A stretch of 64,000 nt of DNA from Candidatus Latescibacterota bacterium (GTDB lineage: Bacteria; Latescibacterota; UBA2968; UBA8231): contig OZ242214.1 in NCBI GenBank assembly GCA_965206595.1, forward strand, positions 1,984,001-2,048,000. The letters run 5' to 3'. Made by a program: the position numbers and the translations under genes. Numbering within the stretch: the stretch's first letter is position 1; each line of letters begins with the position of its first letter. Below, one piece after another: positions 61,365 to 64,000 of the stretch. The notes under the pieces are model-generated. The model was not told the origin of the DNA. It searched no databases and was given only the letters and a program-made list of their open reading frames with translations.

Positions 61365-63104
61365 ATGATTCGCATACGCGACCTGTGCTTCTCCTTTCCC
61401 GGTGCCAGTACGAGCGCCCTGGACCGGGTGAGCATCGATATCGCGCCCGGAGAGCGGGTCGCTGTCATCGGACCGAACGCCTCGGGCAAGACCACCCTTG
61501 CCCGCTGCCTGAACGGACTCCTGCTGCCGGGCTCCGGTTCGGTAACGGTCGATGATCTCGACACCCAGGATCGGGATTCGCTCCCGTCGCTGCGCCGCCT
61601 GGTGGCGATGGTGTTTCAGAACCCCGACGATCAGCTGGTCGCCACCACGGTGGAAGGCGAGATCGCCTTCGGGATGGAAAACCTCGGCGTTCCTCCCCCT
61701 CTGATGCGGCAACGCGTTGACGAAGTACTGCATCGCTTCGGGTTGGAGCGCTACCGAAGCCATCCGCCCCATCTGCTGTCGGGCGGAGAGAAGCAGCGCC
61801 TGGCAATCGCCGCGGGGTTCGCCCTGCGGCCTCGCTATTTCGTTCTGGATGAGCCGACCTCGATGCTGGATACGGATGGGCGCGCCCAGCTGCTCGAGGT
61901 AGTCGATGAACTGAGTTCCAGAGAGCGGATCGCGACAATCCAGATCACCCAGGATGCCGAAGAAGCCTGTCGCGCCGATCGCGTGATCGTGATGGACCGC
62001 GGCCGCATCCTGCTCGATGCAACCCCGAATGCGGTCTTTGCCGAGGAGGAACGCCTGCGGGCCATCGGCCTGGAAATCCCCTTTCTAATCGCACTCGCCC
62101 GCCAGATTTCCGCTGCTGGAGGGACGGTTCCCGTGCGGCCGTCCCTCCCCGATCTCGCCGAGCGCGTGGTCGACCTGTGCGCAGGGAAAGGCGGGGCTTG
62201 TTTCGAAAGCCCTTCGAGAGATGGCATCGAAAGTAACGGCGAGACGCGCCCTTCCCTGCGGGTGGAAGACATCCACTTCTCCTATGAGATAGGTCCTGGT
62301 CGAAAAATAGAGGCGCTGGAAGGAGTAACCGCCAGCCTGTCCACCGGGGGGGCAGTCGGAATCATCGGCAGGAGCGGTTCCGGAAAAAGTACCCTGGCGC
62401 AGCATCTGAACGGGCTGCTCGCCCCGAGTCGCGGGCGCGTGCTGCTCGACGACAAGGATCTGTCGCTCCCGTCCGAGGCAGCCCGCATCCGCAGGCGCAT
62501 CGGCCTGGTGTTTCAGTACCCCGAGGTTCAGCTTTTCGAGGAGAACGTCGCCGCGGACGTCGCATTCGGTCCGGCAAGCGCAGGCTGCGACGAAAGGGAA
62601 ACGCAGCGGCGCGTGCGCGCGGCGCTGGCAGCCGTGTCCCTGCCTCACGAGCAGTATGGTTCACGCCTCCCGACCGCCCTGAGCGGAGGGGAGCGGCGGC
62701 GGGCGGCCATCGCCGGAGTGCTGGCCATGGAGCCGGAGGTGCTGGTCATGGATGAACCCACCGCCGGACTCGATCCCGCAGGATTCGCCGGCCTCCTCGA
62801 CCTCCTCGCCGGGCTGCGAAAACGGGGAGTCGTTCTGGTGCTTATAACCCACGACGTCCGACTGGTGGCCGCGGCGACCGCCTGGGTCGTCGCCCTCGAC
62901 CGGGGACGGGTCGTGTTCGAAGGGAGAACCGAGGAGGTGCTGAATCATCCGGATTTCAGCCGCCTAACCGGGTTGGAGCCTCCCCCCGCGGTGCGTTTCG
63001 CCCAGCGGCTGTCAGCAGCGGGCTTACTGGTCGCGCCGGGGATCACGCGCCAGCAGCAGGTACTGGATTTGGTAGGTGCCCTGACTGGAGCTGGTGATGG
63101 GTGA
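61365..63104 (+). CDS. Fused double ECF-transporter ATPase (EcfA-EcfA')
   Basis: Two ABC domains: GPNASGKT/FQNPDDQ/LSGGEKQR/DEPT and GRSGSGKS/FQYPEVQ/LSGGERRR/DEPT. Confidence 0.92.
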   Translation: MIRIRDLCFSFPGASTSALDRVSIDIAPGERVAVIGPNASGKTTLARCLNGLLLPGSGSVTVDDLDTQDRDSLPSLRRLVAMVFQNPDDQLVATTVEGEIAFGMENLGVPPPLMRQRVDEVLHRFGLERYRSHPPHLLSGGEKQRLAIAAGFALRPRYFVLDEPTSMLDTDGRAQLLEVVDELSSRERIATIQITQDAEEACRADRVIVMDRGRILLDATPNAVFAEEERLRAIGLEIPFLIALARQISAAGGTVPVRPSLPDLAERVVDLCAGKGGACFESPSRDGIESNGETRPSLRVEDIHFSYEIGPGRKIEALEGVTASLSTGGAVGIIGRSGSGKSTLAQHLNGLLAPSRGRVLLDDKDLSLPSEAARIRRRIGLVFQYPEVQLFEENVAADVAFGPASAGCDERETQRRVRAALAAVSLPHEQYGSRLPTALSGGERRRAAIAGVLAMEPEVLVMDEPTAGLDPAGFAGLLDLLAGLRKRGVVLVLITHDVRLVAAATAWVVALDRGRVVFEGRTEEVLNHPDFSRLTGLEPPPAVRFAQRLSAAGLLVAPGITRQQQVLDLVGALTGAGDG

Positions 63105-64000
63105 AACAGTCGTCATCCGCAATGGGCGCGTCCTCGACCCCGGGAACGGCTTGGACGCCGTTGCGGATGTCTGGATCGAGGACGGAGCAGTGCGCGCCGT
63201 AGGAGCCGCACTGCAGACCCCGGAAGGGACTCCCTCACTCGATGCAAGCGGCATGCTGGTCACCCCGGGCTGGATCGACTCGCACGTCCATTTACGGGAG
63301 CCGGGTTTCGAGGCCAAGGAGACGATCGCCAGCGGCAGCGCCGCGGCCGCCGCCGGGGGTTTCACCGCGGTCGTCACCATGCCCAACACCGAGCCACCAC
63401 CCGATTCGGCGGCCGCCCTTGCCGATCTGCAGGCACGGGCGGCCGGGACCTGCGTGCCCATCTACCCGATCGCCTGCATCACCGAGGGGCGGACCGGGAA
63501 GCGCCTGGCGCCACTGTCGGACCTCGCCGCCGCGGGCGCCGTTGCCTTTTCGGACGACGGCGATCCGGTAGCGGATGCGGGCCTGATGGAAGCGGCTCTT
63601 GCAGTCTCGCGGCTGACCGGGGTTCCCCTGTTCCCTCACGAGGAGGTCAGGGAGCTGACAGCCGGAGGCTGCATGCACGAGGGAGCGGTTTCGCGGCGTC
63701 TCGGAATCCCGGGCATACCATCGGCGGGAGAAGAGGAAATGATCGCCCGCGACATCGAGCTCGTCGAACGTTGCGGAGGACACCTGCACGTAGCCCACAT
63801 CAGTACCGCGGGCTCGGTTTCTCTGATCCGCGAAGCCAAGCTTAGGGGCCTTGCGGTCACCTGCGAGGTGCTGCCACACCATTTCGCGCTGACGGACGAG
63901 GCGGTCGCGGACCATGGCACTGCTGCCAAGATGAGCCCCCCGCTGCGCGGAAAGTCGGATGTCGAGGCGATGCTGGCCGGACTCCGGGACGGCACCATCG
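63097..64000 (+). CDS. pyrC: Dihydroorotase (partial, runs off window end)
   Basis: Manual translation from ATG 63097: IDSHVHLREPG, AAAAGGFT...MPNT, FSDDG, HVAHIST, CEVLPHH, KMSPPLR. Confidence 0.92.
   Translation, partial: MGETVVIRNGRVLDPGNGLDAVADVWIEDGAVRAVGAALQTPEGTPSLDASGMLVTPGWIDSHVHLREPGFEAKETIASGSAAAAAGGFTAVVTMPNTEPPPDSAAALADLQARAAGTCVPIYPIACITEGRTGKRLAPLSDLAAAGAVAFSDDGDPVADAGLMEAALAVSRLTGVPLFPHEEVRELTAGGCMHEGAVSRRLGIPGIPSAGEEEMIARDIELVERCGGHLHVAHISTAGSVSLIREAKLRGLAVTCEVLPHHFALTDEAVADHGTAAKMSPPLRGKSDVEAMLAGLRDGTI

Overview
GC-rich bacterial core-chromosome window. A relic C-terminal 'NPFN...WNxxDxxGxxLASGVY...RKVILLR' sorting domain suggests an FCB-type lineage such as Latescibacterota or relatives; this is inference only. 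Contents: a GT2/radical SAM-SPASM/Wzi envelope cluster, eno, an intact IS630 element, two different ssb genes, and a frameshifted SelA-like + creatininase pair. A stand-alone second ftsA is followed by tandem NrdR-like boxes and tRNA-Thr(CGT). Next come mltG-uvrD-mtaB-miaB, kptA-purE and a gapped dcw cluster (mraZ-rsmH-ftsL-ftsI-murE-murF-ftsW-murC-ftsQ-ftsA-ftsZ). A Cys-rich MerR regulator heads an iscA-iscS-moeZ-trmB operon, with cysK nearby. The rest holds a thiolase, tRNA-Ala(TGC), rplM-rpsI-rpsB-tsf-frr without pyrH, queA-ispDF-dedA, a probably catalytically dead lipoprotein hydrolase, a fused ECF ATPase and partial pyrC. There are three decayed gene relics and many short tandem duplications. 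No CRISPR array, rRNA, prophage or integrase was seen. Best leads: the FtsA paralog, NrdR-like boxes upstream of a tRNA rather than nrd genes, the 4-Cys MerR in the IscR position, and a putative sigma54-driven SSB lacking the DDxPF tail. All calls come from reading motifs by eye; no database searches were run.
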